Of a stretch of DNA of 64,000 nt, positions 10,362 to 20,310 are shown piece by piece. This DNA comes from an uncultured Acidobacteriota bacterium. GTDB taxonomy: Bacteria > Acidobacteriota > Thermoanaerobaculia > Multivoradales > JAHEKO01. Numbering within the stretch: position 1 is the first letter of the stretch; each line of letters begins with the position of its first letter. A program made the position numbers and the translations under genes. The DNA lies in NCBI GenBank assembly GCA_963713825.1, contig CAVQNG010000004.1:224001-288000 (forward strand), in the 5' to 3' direction. The notes under the pieces were generated by a model. The model did no database searches and was not told the DNA's origin. It saw only the letters and a program-made list of their open reading frames with translations.

Positions 10362-10455
10362 TTGGGCTCCTAGAATTGCAGTCTGTCTTGCATGGAAGTT
10401 TTTGATTGATTCTCAGGCCAGGGGCCGCTTCGAGCCAGAACCGCACCTGTTCACG

Positions 10456-11220
10456 TCAGTGTTCGATGCCTGCCAGCTCGGCGATACCTTCTCGGACCCG
10501 CTGTGTCAGCTCGCGCTTGCCCCGGACTCCGAAGTCTTCGACCTTCAGCGGCCGACCGTAACGAACGGTGATTCTACCTGGCCGCACCACATAGGTTCCG
10601 CGTCTGCGGATGGCCATGCTGCCGATCACACCGACCGGCACGATGGGCAGACCGCTCTTGAGCGCCAGCAGAAACCCACCGCGCTCGAAAGGCTGCAGTC
10701 TGCCGTCCAGGGAGCGAGTCCCTTCGGGGAAGACAAGGGTCGAGCTGCCTTCCCTGAGTCGCAACACCGCCGCATCGAAGCTCTCCTTCGCCTTGCTCCG
10801 ATTCTTGCGATCAATACTGATGAAGCCACCCGCCTTCATCGCCCAGCCGAAGATCGGAATCCGGAACAGGCTCTGCTTGGCGAGCAGGCGGGTCTGCCCG
10901 GGTAGCGAAACGATCAGAGCCGGGATGTCGAAAAGGCTCTGGTGGTTCGACATGTAGATGCAGCACTGATTCGAGGACAAGGGCTCCACGTAGTCGACGT
11001 CGAGACGAACCCCGCTGAAGAACAGGAGGCCATGGCTCCACAGACGGGCCATCTGAAACACCCAGTTGCCCCGCGGCGGAATCCACGCGCCCAGAATGGA
11101 GAGGACACTGAAGAGCAGGCTTCCTAGAATCAGATAGGTATTACCCGAGACCGTCGCCACGGCCGTAGCCAGACTCCTCGAGAAGGAACCAGGCTGTCTC
11201 GTTGCATTGGTCTCGACCAT
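10456..11220 (-). CDS. plsC: 1-acyl-sn-glycerol-3-phosphate acyltransferase
   Basis: NHQSLFD, ISIDR, FPEGTRS. Confidence 0.88.
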   Translation of the reverse strand: MVETNATRQPGSFSRSLATAVATVSGNTYLILGSLLFSVLSILGAWIPPRGNWVFQMARLWSHGLLFFSGVRLDVDYVEPLSSNQCCIYMSNHQSLFDIPALIVSLPGQTRLLAKQSLFRIPIFGWAMKAGGFISIDRKNRSKAKESFDAAVLRLREGSSTLVFPEGTRSLDGRLQPFERGGFLLALKSGLPIVPVGVIGSMAIRRRGTYVVRPGRITVRYGRPLKVEDFGVRGKRELTQRVREGIAELAGIEH

Positions 11221-11261
11221 GAGGTAAGGCTCGGGCCTCCCCTTGCTACAATCCGCTTCTG

Positions 11262-11666
11262 ATGCTGACTCCGGCCTACTTTGCGTGGCGATTCCGATGC
11301 CTCAAGTGGCTGCGAGCGAGCCTGATCGGCGGTGCGGCTCTCAGCCTGATTCTGGCTTACTCGCTCGCCTTTCGACCGCGATCGACGACCCCGCTGCTTG
11401 GAATCGGCTCGCCGGAGAGCCCATTCTACCTCTGGCTGCCAGCCGTGCTTCTGGCCGCTGTCGGAATCGTCTACTTGCTGGCCAGCTCGGATGTCCGGCG
11501 ATTCAGCTCGATCATCGCCGTCGGCATCGGGGTGCAGCTCACCCTGGCCCTGACACTCTACGCAGCCGCCCAGGGCCCGGGGACGGAGAACCTGATCCGC
11601 CTCGCAGGCGCCGAGCTGCTGATCGGTCTGGGTCTTCTCGCCTTCTGGTGGCCGGTGCGCTCATGA
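11262..11666 (+). CDS. Hypothetical 4-TM membrane protein
   Basis: Four hydrophobic segments; its stop overlaps the mlaE ATG (ATGA at 11663-11666). Confidence 0.6.
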   Translation: MLTPAYFAWRFRCLKWLRASLIGGAALSLILAYSLAFRPRSTTPLLGIGSPESPFYLWLPAVLLAAVGIVYLLASSDVRRFSSIIAVGIGVQLTLALTLYAAAQGPGTENLIRLAGAELLIGLGLLAFWWPVRS

Positions 11667-12427
11667 AGTCCCGCCTGCCGTTCGCTCATGCCCTCGACGA
11701 AGCCGGCCGCATGGCCAGCCTCGGAGTTCAGGCTCTCGGCGAGATGCTGACGCGTCCCTTCGAAGGGCGTCTCTGGATCCGCGAAATGGAACAGATCGGG
11801 GTGCGCTCTCTCGGAGTGGCGGCCATCGCCACCATCTTCACCGGCATGGTGCTGGCCCTGCAGACAGCCTACAGCCTGCCAGGCCTCGGGGTGAAGTACT
11901 ACATCGGCACCGTCGTTTCGAAATCCGTCATTCGAGAGCTGGGCCCCGTTTTGATCGCGCTGGTGGTCGGCGGCAGAATCGCCGCGGGCATGACTGCCGA
12001 GCTCGGGACCATGAAGGTGACCGAGCAGATCGATGCCCTTCGTGCCATGGCGGCCAACCCTGTCAAGAAGCTGGTGGTGCCGAAACTGATCGCTGCCCTG
12101 GTGATGCTGCCCCTGCTGACCATCATCGGCGATCTCCTGGGGGTCCTGGGTGGCATGATCATCGGCGTCTATCAGCTCGATCTGACGCCCGGCTTCTACA
12201 TCAACGACGTGCTCACCGACCTGACGCTGGAAGACATCTTCAGTGGCATCGGCAAATCGTTCTTTTTCGCCTTCTGGATCACAATCGTCGGCTGTTACAA
12301 TGGCTTGACCGCGCGAGGTGGCGCCGACGGTGTCGGCAGAGCAACGACAAATACGGTCGTGGTCGCCGCAATTCTGGTCTTGGTGACCGACTTCTTTCTG
12401 ACCAAGCTCTTCCACGTCCTGGCCTGA
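11663..12427 (+). CDS. mlaE: MlaE-family ABC permease
   Basis: [32 protein letters not shown]; true start at ATG 11663 rather than 11243. Confidence 0.92.
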   Translation: MKSRLPFAHALDEAGRMASLGVQALGEMLTRPFEGRLWIREMEQIGVRSLGVAAIATIFTGMVLALQTAYSLPGLGVKYYIGTVVSKSVIRELGPVLIALVVGGRIAAGMTAELGTMKVTEQIDALRAMAANPVKKLVVPKLIAALVMLPLLTIIGDLLGVLGGMIIGVYQLDLTPGFYINDVLTDLTLEDIFSGIGKSFFFAFWITIVGCYNGLTARGGADGVGRATTNTVVVAAILVLVTDFFLTKLFHVLA

Positions 12428-12449
12428 TTGCGAAGCCGAGGACACGCCT

Positions 12450-13205
12450 ATGTCGACACCAATCTTCAGCGTGCGGGGCCTGGTCAAGGACTACGACGAC
12501 AAAACGGTCCTACGGGGGCTGGACTTCGACGTCCAACGAGGAGAGTCTCTGGTGATTCTCGGCCGGTCCGGCTCCGGCAAGAGTGTGACGCTGCGGCAAC
12601 TGAATGGACTGGAAAAGCCCGACGCCGGAACGGTTGCCTTCGATGGGACCGAGATCTCTTCGATGCAAGAGAAAGACCTCTACCCAATTCGCCGGCGGAT
12701 CGGCATGCTCTTCCAGGGCGGAGCGCTATTCGACTCGATGACTGTCGAAGAGAACGTCTCTTTCCCCCTGAGAGAGCACCTCACGATGGACGAAGACGAA
12801 ATCCGCGAACGGGTTCGCTTGAAGCTCTCCCTGGTCGGCTTGAAGGGGGTCGAGGACGTGATGCCCTCAGAGCTCTCTGGTGGCATGAAGAAGAGGGTGG
12901 CACTCGCCCGCTCGCTGGCGATGGATCCGGAGGTCGTCCTCTTCGACGAGCCTTCCACCGGCTTGGATCCTATGACGTCGGCCCTCATCGCGCACCTGAT
13001 TCGACGGTCGCAAGCCAGCCTCGCCACCACTTCCGTCGTCGTCACGCACGACATTGCTCTGGCCCGGCACGTCGGCGACCGGGTAGCTTTTCTGTGCGAG
13101 GGTACTTTCAGCTTTCTGGGCACCTGGGAGGAAGCGGACCGAACCGCGGACCGGGTATTTGGCGATTTCCTGGCCGGGCGCATGGGAGATGAAGATGCAG
13201 CGTGA
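12450..13205 (+). CDS. mlaF: MlaF-family ABC ATPase
   Basis: [47 protein letters not shown]. Confidence 0.92.
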   Translation: MSTPIFSVRGLVKDYDDKTVLRGLDFDVQRGESLVILGRSGSGKSVTLRQLNGLEKPDAGTVAFDGTEISSMQEKDLYPIRRRIGMLFQGGALFDSMTVEENVSFPLREHLTMDEDEIRERVRLKLSLVGLKGVEDVMPSELSGGMKKRVALARSLAMDPEVVLFDEPSTGLDPMTSALIAHLIRRSQASLATTSVVVTHDIALARHVGDRVAFLCEGTFSFLGTWEEADRTADRVFGDFLAGRMGDEDAA

Positions 13206-14346
13206 GGTCAAGGTCGGCCTGCTGGTGGTGGCGGCGTTCGTCATCCTGGGAGTCGCTGTCTTCCTGGTCAGCGAGAGACGCAATTTCTTCGCGCTCAAGA
13301 ACCGCTACTACATTCAGTTCGAGACCGTTCTCGGCCTCGCCCCGGGTAGCCCTGCTCAGCTCAACGGCGTCACCGTCGGCAGCGTGAAGAGAGTCGTCCT
13401 GCCAGAGAGTGTCGACGAGGAGATGCTGACAGTTTGGATCAACGTCGACCGGCGGTATGGCGACCGGGTGCGTGAGGACTCGACAGCACGGATCAAGACG
13501 CTGGGCCTGCTGGGCGACAAGTTCATCGAGATCTCCTCGGGGTCCGCAGACTCACCGATGATCCCTTCGGGTGGGTACATTCCGGCGGCGGCCCCCACAG
13601 ACGTGGAGAAGCTCCTCGCCACGGGTGGAGACGCGGTCCAGAACACCGTGGCCATCTCGTATTCGCTGCGCAACATCCTGGCCCGCATGGAAGCTGGCGA
13701 GGGGCTCCTTGGCGAGCTGCTCACCGACTCCGAGGCAGGGCGTACGGCGAAGCAGGGCCTGGTGGCCATCATGGAGGCCGTCAGAGACATCACGCTGCAG
13801 ATTCACAGCGGTCAGGGCACCGTGGGGCAGCTCATCATGGACGACGACTTGGCCGTTCAACTCACGGCCTCCGTCAACCGGTTCAACACTGTTCTGACAA
13901 GCCTCGAGGGCGGTGAAGGTCTGGTTGCAGACCTGCTGCACAACCCAGAGACCCGGGATCGGGTCCAGACCCTCCTGGCCAATCTGGACAAGACCACGGA
14001 GTCGCTGTCTGCTGCGGCCGAACAGCTCGATTCGGGCAAGGGACTCCTGCCAGCGATGTTGAACGACGAGGCAATGGCGGGCCAGATCCTCGGAGACCTG
14101 CAGCAGATGCTGGAGAACCTGAACCTGGTGTCGGAGAAACTGGCTTCGGGCGATGGAACCCTGGGGCGGTTGATCGAGGATCCGGAGATCTACGAAGCGC
14201 TCAACGACATCGTCGTCGGCGTCAACGAGTCGAAGATGCTGCGCTGGCTGATACGAAATCGACAGAAATCCGGCATCGAGGTGCGCTACGATTCGGAAGT
14301 CGAGAGACTCGAAGCAGAATCCCAGAACGCAGTTGACGAGAAATAG
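13195..14346 (+). CDS. mlaD: MCE/MlaD-family protein with long helical tail
   Basis: EVKVGL N-terminal [26 protein letters not shown]; five GxGxLGxLxxD-like repeats. Confidence 0.88.
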   Translation: MQREVKVGLLVVAAFVILGVAVFLVSERRNFFALKNRYYIQFETVLGLAPGSPAQLNGVTVGSVKRVVLPESVDEEMLTVWINVDRRYGDRVREDSTARIKTLGLLGDKFIEISSGSADSPMIPSGGYIPAAAPTDVEKLLATGGDAVQNTVAISYSLRNILARMEAGEGLLGELLTDSEAGRTAKQGLVAIMEAVRDITLQIHSGQGTVGQLIMDDDLAVQLTASVNRFNTVLTSLEGGEGLVADLLHNPETRDRVQTLLANLDKTTESLSAAAEQLDSGKGLLPAMLNDEAMAGQILGDLQQMLENLNLVSEKLASGDGTLGRLIEDPEIYEALNDIVVGVNESKMLRWLIRNRQKSGIEVRYDSEVERLEAESQNAVDEK

Positions 14347-14361
14347 GCGGAGCTTGACGAT

Positions 14362-15318
14362 ATGACCAAACACATCCTCGTAACCGGCGGCGCCGGTTTC
14401 ATCGGTAGCCACCTGACCCGACGCCTGCTGGAGCGCGGGGACCAGATCACGGTCCTCGACGACTTCAACGATTTCTACGACCCGGCGCGGAAGCGCGTCA
14501 ACGTAGCGCCGTTCCTGGAGAATCCCGCATACAGGCTGGTCGAGGGCGATATCCGGGACGCAGAGCTCGTCGATGAGCTGTTTCGCGACAGCGGCTTCGA
14601 CGGCGTCGTGCACTTGGCCGCCCGAGCCGGCGTCAGACCCAGCCTCCAGGAGCCGATTCTCTACGAGGACACGAACTGCATCGGGACCCTGAGACTGCTC
14701 GAGGCCGCTCGGGCCCATGGCCCGGAGACCTTCATCTTCGGCTCCTCGTCGTCGGTCTACGGCATCAACAAGAAGGTACCCTTCTCCGAGGCGGACGAGG
14801 TCAATCAGCCGATCAGCCCCTACGCCACCACCAAGCGGGCCGGCGAGCTGCTCTGTTTCAACTACGCGCATCTCTATGGTCTGCGCACGGCCTGTTTGCG
14901 GTTCTTCACCGTCTACGGACCCGCCCAGCGACCCGAGATGGCGATCCACAAGTTCACCGACCTGCTGGCCCGTGGGCAGACCATCCCACTCTTCGGGGAC
15001 GGCGCCAGTCAGCGCGACTACACGTTCGTCGACGACATCATCGATGGTGTCGTGGCCACCCTGGACCTGGCACCCCAGTTCGAGATCCTCAACCTGGGTG
15101 GCGCCGAGACCACAGCTCTCAGCGATCTGGTGCAGTGGCTCGCCGACGAGCTTGGCGTCGAGCCGAATATCGAGTATCTTCCCGATCAGCCGGGAGATGT
15201 TCCCATAACCTATGCCGACGTCAGCAAGGCCAATGCTCTGGTCGGCTACTCACCCAAAGTACCCATCCGAGAGGGTTTGAAGCGATTCGTCGACTGGTAT
15301 CGGGACAGCCAAGCCTGA
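14362..15318 (+). CDS. NAD-dependent epimerase, probably UDP-glucuronate 4-epimerase
   Basis: TGGAGFIG, HLAARAGVRPS, SSSSVYG, YATTK, RFFTVYGP..RPEMA, QPGDV. Confidence 0.85.
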   Translation: MTKHILVTGGAGFIGSHLTRRLLERGDQITVLDDFNDFYDPARKRVNVAPFLENPAYRLVEGDIRDAELVDELFRDSGFDGVVHLAARAGVRPSLQEPILYEDTNCIGTLRLLEAARAHGPETFIFGSSSSVYGINKKVPFSEADEVNQPISPYATTKRAGELLCFNYAHLYGLRTACLRFFTVYGPAQRPEMAIHKFTDLLARGQTIPLFGDGASQRDYTFVDDIIDGVVATLDLAPQFEILNLGGAETTALSDLVQWLADELGVEPNIEYLPDQPGDVPITYADVSKANALVGYSPKVPIREGLKRFVDWYRDSQA

Positions 15319-15383
15319 GCCCGGAAACTCCGCGTATCTTCGACTAGAACCTCTCGCTATACCGACAACCAGGAGCGGAAATC

Positions 15384-16718
15384 ATGAGAATCTGCGTAGT
15401 AGGAAGCGGATATGTAGGTCTTGTCACCGGCGCCTGCCTGGCCGATTTCGGCATGAACGTTGTCGGTGTCGACAAAGACGCCGCCAAAGTCGAGGCGCTG
15501 CAGCGCTGCGAGATTCCGATCTACGAGCCCGGTCTCGCAACGGTGGTGCGCACCAACATGGACGAGGGGCGCCTACATTTCACGACCGAGCTGGGGCCGG
15601 CCATCGAAGAAGCTGACGCCATTTTCATTGCCGTGGGAACCCCTTCCCGCCCGGACGGTTCTGCGGATCTGAGCTTCGTCGAGCAGGTCGCCACTTCGAT
15701 CGGTGAGCACCTGAACGGATTCAAGATCGTCATCACCAAGAGCACGGTGCCGATCGGCACCGGGCAGCGAATCGACAAGATCATTCGAGAAGTGCAGACC
15801 GGTGAGCATGAGTTCGCCGTCGTCAGCAATCCAGAATTCTTGCGAGAAGGCTCTGCCATTGGCGATTTTCGGAACCCGGACAGGGTGGTCATCGGCAGCG
15901 TCGACCAGCGCGCCATCGACATGATGCTCGACATCTACTCACCTTTGCGCGTCGCGGATGTGCCGTTCGTCATCACCAACGTGGAGAGCGCCGAATTGAT
16001 CAAGTACGCCTCCAACGGCTTCCTGGCCACCAAGATCTCCTTCATCAACGAGGTAGCCCATCTCTGCGAGAGGCTCGGTGCCGATGTCGAGACGGTGGCC
16101 CGCGGCATGGGTCTCGATTCGAGGATCGGCCCCCAGTTTCTGCACCCCGGCCCCGGCTTCGGTGGCTCCTGCTTCCCCAAGGACTCGCGAGCCGTCGTCC
16201 AGATCGCCCTCGAGCACGGCATGCATTTCCAGATCATGGAATCGGTCATGGCGGTCAATCAGGCCACCAAAGAGCGCATGGTCGACAAGATCTCGCAGGC
16301 CTTCAATGGTGAGATCACGGGCAAGACCATCGCGGTTCTGGGTCTGTCGTTCAAGCCCGACACCGATGACATCCGAGAGTCTCCGGCAATCGAGATCGTC
16401 AAGGGCCTACTGGAGGCCGGAGCGTCGGTGCGAGCCTTCGACCCGGCGGCTATGGAGGCCTTTCGAGAAGATTGGCCGCAAGTCGAGTACTGCGAGCACT
16501 CCTACGATGCCGCCGACGGCGCGGACGGCATCGTCATCGCGACCGAATGGAACCAGTTCAAGGCCTTGGAGCTACGGCGTCTGAAGCAGCTTCTCAAGCG
16601 GCCCTTGATCGTCGACCTGAGGAACATCTACGAACCAGCAAAGATTCGGGCCGCCGGCTTCGACTACTTCTCGGTCGGGCGGCAGAAGGCCCAGCAGGAG
16701 CAAAGACAAGAGGCATGA
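15384..16718 (+). CDS. ugd: UDP-glucose 6-dehydrogenase
   Basis: [40 protein letters not shown]. Confidence 0.95.
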   Translation: MRICVVGSGYVGLVTGACLADFGMNVVGVDKDAAKVEALQRCEIPIYEPGLATVVRTNMDEGRLHFTTELGPAIEEADAIFIAVGTPSRPDGSADLSFVEQVATSIGEHLNGFKIVITKSTVPIGTGQRIDKIIREVQTGEHEFAVVSNPEFLREGSAIGDFRNPDRVVIGSVDQRAIDMMLDIYSPLRVADVPFVITNVESAELIKYASNGFLATKISFINEVAHLCERLGADVETVARGMGLDSRIGPQFLHPGPGFGGSCFPKDSRAVVQIALEHGMHFQIMESVMAVNQATKERMVDKISQAFNGEITGKTIAVLGLSFKPDTDDIRESPAIEIVKGLLEAGASVRAFDPAAMEAFREDWPQVEYCEHSYDAADGADGIVIATEWNQFKALELRRLKQLLKRPLIVDLRNIYEPAKIRAAGFDYFSVGRQKAQQEQRQEA

Positions 16719-17659
16719 CTACTTCTCTGGTGACAGGCGGGGCGGGGTTTCTGGGTTCGCATCTATGCGAGCGGCTGCTGCAGGAGGGACACAAGGTGGT
16801 TTGTGTCGACAACCTCCTGACGGGCAAGCTCGAGAACATCGAGTCATTGCTGGATCGTGACGACTTCCAATTCATCGAGCACGACGTCACCCGGCCGTTC
16901 GAAGTCAACGTGCCTCTCGACAACGTGCTTCACTTCGCTTCCCCAGCCAGTCCGATGGACTACCTGGAGCTGCCGATTCAAACTCTCAAGGTCGGCTCTC
17001 TCGGAACCCACAATACCCTCGGCCTGGCCATGGCAAAGGAGGCCCGCTACCTGTTGGCTTCAACGTCCGAAGTCTACGGTGATCCATTGGTCCATCCTCA
17101 GCCGGAGACCTACTGGGGCAACGTGAATCCGGTCGGCCCGCGCGGTGTCTACGACGAGGCTAAGCGCTTCGCCGAAGCCATGGTCATGGCCTACCACCGT
17201 TACCACGGCCTCGAAACTCGCATCGTAAGGATCTTCAACACCTACGGGCCTCGAATGCGCCCCAAGGATGGCCGGGTCGTCCCTGCCTTCATCCAGCAGG
17301 CTCTTCTCGGAGAACCCTTGACGGTTTTCGGCGACGGCTCGCAGACGCGCTCCTTCTGCTACGTCGACGACGAGGTCGAAGGGATCTGGCGCCTGCTGAA
17401 CAGCAACACCTCGGACCCGGTCAACATCGGCAATCCCCACGAAATGACGATTCTGGAGTTCGGCCAACGCATCATCGAGGCGATCGGCAGCAAGAGCGAG
17501 ATCTCTTTTGTCGAGCTGCCTATTGACGACCCCAAGACCCGCCAACCCGACATCACGCGGGCGAGGGAAATACTTGGCTGGTCACCCCAGGTCGAGCTGC
17601 AGGACGGCCTCGGCACCACGATCGACTACTTCCGATCGTTACTGGAAGGCAGCAGCTAG
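16715..17659 (+). CDS. uxs: UDP-glucuronate decarboxylase (UDP-xylose synthase)
   Basis: [42 protein letters not shown]; ATG overlaps the ugd stop. Confidence 0.9.
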   Translation: MTTSLVTGGAGFLGSHLCERLLQEGHKVVCVDNLLTGKLENIESLLDRDDFQFIEHDVTRPFEVNVPLDNVLHFASPASPMDYLELPIQTLKVGSLGTHNTLGLAMAKEARYLLASTSEVYGDPLVHPQPETYWGNVNPVGPRGVYDEAKRFAEAMVMAYHRYHGLETRIVRIFNTYGPRMRPKDGRVVPAFIQQALLGEPLTVFGDGSQTRSFCYVDDEVEGIWRLLNSNTSDPVNIGNPHEMTILEFGQRIIEAIGSKSEISFVELPIDDPKTRQPDITRAREILGWSPQVELQDGLGTTIDYFRSLLEGSS

Positions 17660-17668
17660 GAGCTCGGA

Positions 17669-17935
17669 ATGGAGGATCTAGTCAGGAAGTTGCAGTTCGC
17701 TCTCGACAAGTACCCTCAGCAGGTCGAGTTGGTGGAGGTGGCCGACTTGCTGCTCGACAGCGCTCGTCAGAACGAGAAGCGGCCGGCCTTCGTGAAGCTG
17801 GCTTTGGCCGATGAGCTGGTCAAGAGCCTGCGCGGCCAGCGCCAGCAGAAGGACGTGCTCCTTCTGGTCCGCGTCCCCGGCGAAGTGCTAGAGCGGTCGG
17901 AGAGCCGAATCGTGCTCCCGGGAGAGGTGGAATGA
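17669..17935 (+). CDS. Hypothetical protein (88 aa)
   Basis: RBS-like GGAG upstream; its stop overlaps the next ATG; typical codon usage. Confidence 0.65.
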   Translation: MEDLVRKLQFALDKYPQQVELVEVADLLLDSARQNEKRPAFVKLALADELVKSLRGQRQQKDVLLLVRVPGEVLERSESRIVLPGEVE

Positions 17936-18201
17936 ACGCAACTACCGAGCCCACCCAGATCCTCTGCGCCCGCTGTGGCGAGACTGCTCCAGGGGTGGCA
18001 AGCCCGCCATATCCCGGCGAATTGGGCGAAGAGCTGAAGTCTCGCGTTTGCCAGAATTGCTGGACGGAGTGGCTGAAGGTCGAAGTCATGGTCATCAACG
18101 AGCTGCAGCTGAATTTCATGGATCCCAAAGCGCTGGAGGTCCTGGTGGGCCACATGCGCGAGTTCCTTTGCTTTGACAACGCGGCCGACTCCGGCGAGTG
18201 A
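17932..18201 (+). CDS. yggX: Fe(II)-trafficking/oxidative damage protection protein
   Basis: PPYPGELG...VCQNCW.EW....MVINE..LNFMDP...L..HM.EFL. Confidence 0.85.
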   Translation: MNATTEPTQILCARCGETAPGVASPPYPGELGEELKSRVCQNCWTEWLKVEVMVINELQLNFMDPKALEVLVGHMREFLCFDNAADSGE

Positions 18202-18953
18202 CCCGGATGTCCTCCAGCTCCCGCGGGCAAGACAACGACTCACTGCCAGCCCTCAAGAGGCTGCGGTCCATCCCGCGTGGAGCGGTGATCCGGTTCGCTC
18301 TCCTAATCGCGCTACTGGCCGTGGCCTTCGCCCTGTTTCGCTGGACGCCGCTCAACGAATACCTCACGAAGGACAAGATGGTGGCGCTGATGATGGATCT
18401 GCGCAGCGCCTGGTGGGCCCCAGTGGCTCTGCTGGCACTCTACCTTGTGCTATCGCCGACAGGTCTTCCAGTCAGTCCCCTGATTTTCGCTGGCGGCGTC
18501 GTCTTCGGGGTGAAGATGGGGTGGCTCTACAATTTCCTGGGCACGATGATCGGAGCGACGGCCAGCTACCTGCTGGCACGGGCTCTCGGCTACGAGCTGG
18601 TCTCCCATGTGGTCCCGACGGGGCTGCTGCAGCGCGCCGAGAAGATCCTGGAAAAGCACGGGTTTTGGACGATCGTGCGGGTCCGTTTCCTGCCGATCCC
18701 CTTCGCCGTCATCAACTATGGCGCGGCGCTGGCTGGAGTTCGATTCCCGCAGTTTCTGGCTGCCACGGCGATCGGCCTGATCCCCTCGATGCTGATCTAC
18801 ACCTACTTCGGGCATGCGCTCTTCAACGCCGCCACAGCCGATCGGCAGACCGTGATCCGCAATCTGGCCGGAGTTCTCGTACTGGTGATGTTGCTGACCT
18901 TCCTGGTCCCCCTGCGCAAGATGTGGAAAAAGCGCCGCTACAAGAAGGGTTGA
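18198..18953 (+). CDS. TVP38/TMEM64 (DedA superfamily) membrane protein
   Basis: GGVVFG, GATASYLLAR, RFLPIPFAVINYGA, ATAIGLIP. Confidence 0.88.
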   Translation: MTRMSSSSRGQDNDSLPALKRLRSIPRGAVIRFALLIALLAVAFALFRWTPLNEYLTKDKMVALMMDLRSAWWAPVALLALYLVLSPTGLPVSPLIFAGGVVFGVKMGWLYNFLGTMIGATASYLLARALGYELVSHVVPTGLLQRAEKILEKHGFWTIVRVRFLPIPFAVINYGAALAGVRFPQFLAATAIGLIPSMLIYTYFGHALFNAATADRQTVIRNLAGVLVLVMLLTFLVPLRKMWKKRRYKKG

Positions 18954-19004
18954 ACCGGCCGTCGCACCTCCGGCCGGCCTTTGATCGGCTTGGGGGTTGA
19001 AGCG
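18950..19004 (+). repeat. Copy 1 of a ~55-bp dispersed repeat with a GC hairpin
   Basis: TTGAACCGGCCGTCGCACCTCCGGCCGGCCTTTGATCGGCTTGGGGGTTGAAGCG; near-identical to the reverse complement of 31229-31282. Confidence 0.8.
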
Positions 19005-19062
19005 AATAGGCTTCGCCATTTCGATCTGTGAGGCAGTGGGGGGCCCTTGAGCCGATAGACCC

Positions 19063-20252
19063 CTAGAAAACCGCGCTGGCGATCCACTTGAGGAGCTCGG
19101 TCAGGGGTACCTGCGTCGCAACCACCGCCAGCAAAGGTACTCCCGCGGCGGTCAGCAGCTGCACCACCGCCAGCTTGTCGACAGGGACAATCCTCTGGCC
19201 CCGCACGGCCTCGACGATGAGCGTTCAGATCCGCAGCCGAGGAGACATCGCCGCGGTCCAGGAGCTCGGCGCCATTTCTTCCCTCCTCGATCCAGGTTCG
19301 GTGGAACGCGAGATGTAGCTGGTTGGCCAGGCAACCGTACTCGAGATATGCCCTCTCGCGCACGTCGTAGAGCGTGCGACTGAACACCACCAGAGGGGCC
19401 GAAAAACAGCACCAGGCAGACCACCAACCACCCTCCCAGTGCGAACCAGACTGTCTGAGTACTGTGCTGCTGAAGGCTGAGGTCCTTCATCATGGTTGAA
19501 GCGACCACACAACTCAGCGCGAAGACGAATCCACCGAAGATGCTCGGATAGATCGCCAGAAAACCGAGTCCAGCCGAGCGGTCCGGGTGCAGAGGGGTCA
19601 GCTCTAACGGCAGTCGGGAGACGCGAAAGAGCAGCGCGCTCCACAGGAGAAAGCGCCAGATCCAACGGAAGGTCAGGAAGAGAAACAGGGGATTGCTCAC
19701 CAAGAGGGCTGCCATGCCAGCCCAGGACAACCCGACACCATTCGCGGCTGCCTTTCCCTCCCAACTCGAGCCGGCAAGCTCGACGGCGAATCTCGCGCTG
19801 AGGCCCGACCAGATCAGGGCTACAGCACCGAGAACCACTTCGGCGAGGGTAGAGCTCGAGTAACGATCGGCTGAGGCGAGAGCGGCCCTGAAAGCGGGTA
19901 GCCCGTCGTCCGTGACCAGCCCCGCTGTTCGGAACTGGCGAGCCAGCAACTCGAGACGACCGTCGGCGTACCGCTCGGTCGCGACCATGACCCCGATCGC
20001 GATCAAATAGCGCGAATAGACCGTCAGATCCTTGAAGAACCCCCAGCCCGAATACCCGCTGTCGACGAAACTCTGAAGGACGACGAGCAGGGCCGGGAGC
20101 AGCCAAGCGAGAACGGTCAGGCCGACGGCGGCCCCCTGCGTCGGCAGCAGGTCTTCCCCAATCAACCCGAGGCGCCGGAGGAAGCCATGAAAGGGGCCAC
20201 CGGCTACCACGGAGAAACGCTCACCGTGGTCACCCGATTGAAGCGAAACCAT
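19063..20252 (-). pseudogene. Multi-TM membrane protein with two +1 frameshifts (pseudogene or sequencing errors)
   Basis: GGAGG RBS and ATG at 20252; reading ...LFFGP|LVVFSRTLY...DVSSAADLNA|IVEAVRGQRIVPV...WIASAVF* requires removing one base at ~19395-19398 and one at ~19219. Confidence 0.75.
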
Positions 20253-20310
20253 TGGCCGCCTCCCGCACTGCACCATTCACATTCCGACCCTCGCCGCCGA
20301 CTGATTGCGA

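Noticed and set aside
8730-10373. 547-aa plus-strand ORF (likewise 13552-14949 minus, 54895-56487 plus, 60493-61584 plus)
   Set aside because: Each lies opposite well-supported genes and has no family motifs
13690-14190. GxGxLGxLxxD repeats in MlaD as a novelty
   Set aside because: Common feature of long helical MCE proteins
18938-19390. 150-aa minus-strand ORF as an independent gene
   Set aside because: It is the middle fragment of the frameshifted membrane protein 19063-20252
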